A stretch of 64,000 bases of DNA from Ramazzottius varieornatus (Eukaryota; Animalia; Tardigrada): the NCBI GenBank assembly GCA_001949185.1, contig BDGG01000004.1, positions 831,620 through 895,619 on the forward strand, given 5' to 3'. The notes under the pieces are model-generated. The model saw only the letters and a list, made by a program, of their open reading frames with translations. It was not told the origin of the DNA and searched no databases. Position numbers and translations under genes: made by a program. Of the stretch, positions 61,762 to 64,000 are shown in pieces (the first letter of the stretch is position 1; each line of letters begins with the position of its first letter).

Positions 61762-63607
61762 CTACCACGCCTGGTTAGGGTATCGGGGAGAAGAGGTAGT
61801 TCCCCGACGTGCGTCTTCTTCGCGTTCTAGCTGGTACCTGGACACGGCTTCTCGCTGGGCATTTCGTTTCCAAACGGAATGTGCGGCTGCTTCGCCATAC
61901 TGCTGCAGGCATCCTTCACAACTCCATGGACCATCAGGAGTATCGTCCAGCGGCGGACGCAGACAGTACATGTGGTAACCTCGGTCACAGTCGTCACAGA
62001 ACAGCAGCTTTTCCTACGGCGAATAAAAATGGTTTCTAAGTCCCAGACGGAATATCGAGAATCCTCAAACAAAGAAAAGTACCCCAAAAAGCGAAAAAAC
62101 AACAGGACTTACGTCATTTCCGGCTTGGTTGCAGATTGAGCAAGTCTTGCATTCAATGCATTTCCACGGATAGCGGCAAGTCGATTCCCGTTGGTTCCTC
62201 GAGAAGTTGAGACAGGTCGGATGCGCTGAAACGAAAGACCTCGTCGAAGCTCACGCAACCTAAGCAAAAGTAGTACAGGAGGTGAAGGTACCAGAATGAC
62301 CGCAGCTGGTACAAGTAATGAGTTTTTCGCCCTTGGGTCCTGGTCGTCCACTAGCGTTCTCCACCTCACAGACATCGCACAGGAGGATTCGTCCTTCACG
62401 ATCTCGATTAGTTTCTCGAGCGATCGGAGGAGGTATGGGCAGGCTAGGTGGCATGGCTGCGCGCGGGAACGGAGAGTTTAGAGGGTTGCTGTTTACACTG
62501 CTGCCAGAGAATGCTTTGCTTGGAGAAGCTGCCCCATTCGGATGTTCTTTGGATACGTGGTATGTCAGACCCGGTCTCGTTTTGTACGTCATGTCGCAAT
62601 CTGAAAAACCAAACAACGAGAAGTATTGGTTGCATCACCATAAATTCTCTCATAAAAAAGCAACGACACGGAAGCTACTTACGTTTACAATGGAAAGGCT
62701 TCTCAGTTCCCGTATGTACCGTGTAATCGATATCCTTCCTCGCTCTTCCCGCCTGCAAAATCATACCAGTTATCCGTCAGCAAGTCAAAATAATTACCAG
62801 AAGTCATTCCATTCCACGTAAAAATATGAATGTGATAGTCGAGCAGAATATGGAACTGATGTAGAGGCTCTTATCAGAAAGCCAGACCATCTTGTGCTCT
62901 CATCAACTGGCGCATAAACATTTTCATCTTACGTCACGCATGACCTCACTGCGGCCAGGTGGTAAACTATCACAGTACGCACAATGAACACAACCTGATG
63001 TGACAGTCACAAAGCCACTTACTTTGGATATTGGTTTCGAGGCTTCGGTAGCTTTCTTACGTGCGGATCGCGGAACATATTCATCTTCTTCATCGTCTTC
63101 GGACTCCGGCAGTTCTTTTTCCTCATGCTTCCTTGAGCTAGACAAGATGCTTTCTTGTGGAATCTCAAGCGGTGCGGGCATCGCTGAGCTGGCAATGGCG
63201 TCTTCGAACAACTCAACAGCTGGATTCTGCAGCACACGATCGATGTGTGAAGTGGATGCTTGATTACTTGATGATTCTTCTGTCTTGACGGATGGCTGTC
63301 CATCTACGCCCTGGCTTGCTGGAACATTTTCGGTGCTTACAGCTGGAGTAGCAGATCGCTCGACAGGAGCAGGAGGTGGTCGAGTCTTTATCTTCCACGG
63401 GCGAGTTGGGTAGACGTAGACCTGGCCTGGTTCTTGTCCAGGACAACGTTCTTTGGCTTGGTACGTCTGGCGTCCATCAGCGTACAGCAGGCCTGTCGAG
63501 GAGACAAAGTATGGTATGCGTGAGCGACGGGCGGACAACAGACGTGAGTTGAACTTGGATACGCTTTCAAGAAGCTCGTGATAGGACATGAATGTCTTCT
63601 CGGCCAT
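61762..63607 (-). CDS. DPF2: d4/DPF-family BAF subunit (Requiem N-domain, C2H2 finger, double PHD)
   Basis: [16 protein letters not shown]...[12 protein letters not shown]; [18 protein letters not shown]...H; CDVC...CTSCGHSAHPTCL...WKCIECKTC...[21 protein letters not shown]; exact paralog identity uncertain. Confidence 0.9.
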
Positions 63608-64000
63608 TTTTCTGGACTTTGACGAATGGATTTGAAACTGGAAGAAAACAAAAAGTCTTCGAGGCGAAAATCTGAGTGTCTGGAAGCTTGCAATCAAACC
63701 CAATCAACTGCTTTCGTTGATTCCACAGGACGGCTCACCACAAATCGACCAAGACCCGGAAGTCATCTGGTTTCGGACGTCCAACGTACTGACCCATGTT
63801 CGTACACCGACTGCTGACTTAATGAGCTTTCGGGAATTTAACCCAAGCAGAACCTGTTCTGCTGTATCATGATGAAATTCATTTCCGGTACGTGTATGCC
63901 TATCGCTGTCGGTGAGATTCCGAACTACAGGTGACTTCCGGGATGCCTTTGGAGTTCTCCGTCGAAGCATCCGGCAACTCCTTCACACATTGCCAAATAC

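Noticed and set aside
43280-62952. Additional N27-element copies at 43280, 58385 and 62904
   Set aside because: Only one arm is recognisable in each, so they were not counted among the 16

Overview
Gene-dense eukaryotic (metazoan) DNA with short GT-AG introns and roughly balanced GC. The style fits a compact invertebrate genome such as a tardigrade, but that is an inference. In order: YIF1 (5'-truncated), TIM17 head-to-head with THOC1, two tandem intronless GT32/DxD glycosyltransferases, an F-box/WD40 gene, a divergent HP1-like chromo plus chromoshadow gene, a coiled-coil orphan, two paralogous secreted Tyr/Lys/Glu/Thr-repeat proteins, a 12-Cys secreted peptide, DPH6, a broken F-box gene, a PDZ-ZM-LIM gene, a UBR1/2 E3 ligase, a three-layer transposon nest (PIF1-helicase relic, then hAT, then Sailor-type DD85E Tc1/mariner), a D2-like dopamine receptor with a very long N-terminus, about 12 kb of non-coding DNA, and a d4/DPF double-PHD gene. 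The strongest unexplained signal is a dispersed element, CAAGTGGCGCA-N27-TGCGCCACTTG. There are 16 copies, 14 of them in introns, with conserved inverted arms and an almost invariant 27-nt spacer whose sequence is highly diverged. Also notable are a 39-bp-period array of palindromes and the gene-converted Tyr/Lys-rich secreted-protein pair. Exon boundaries were read by eye and are approximate where stated.
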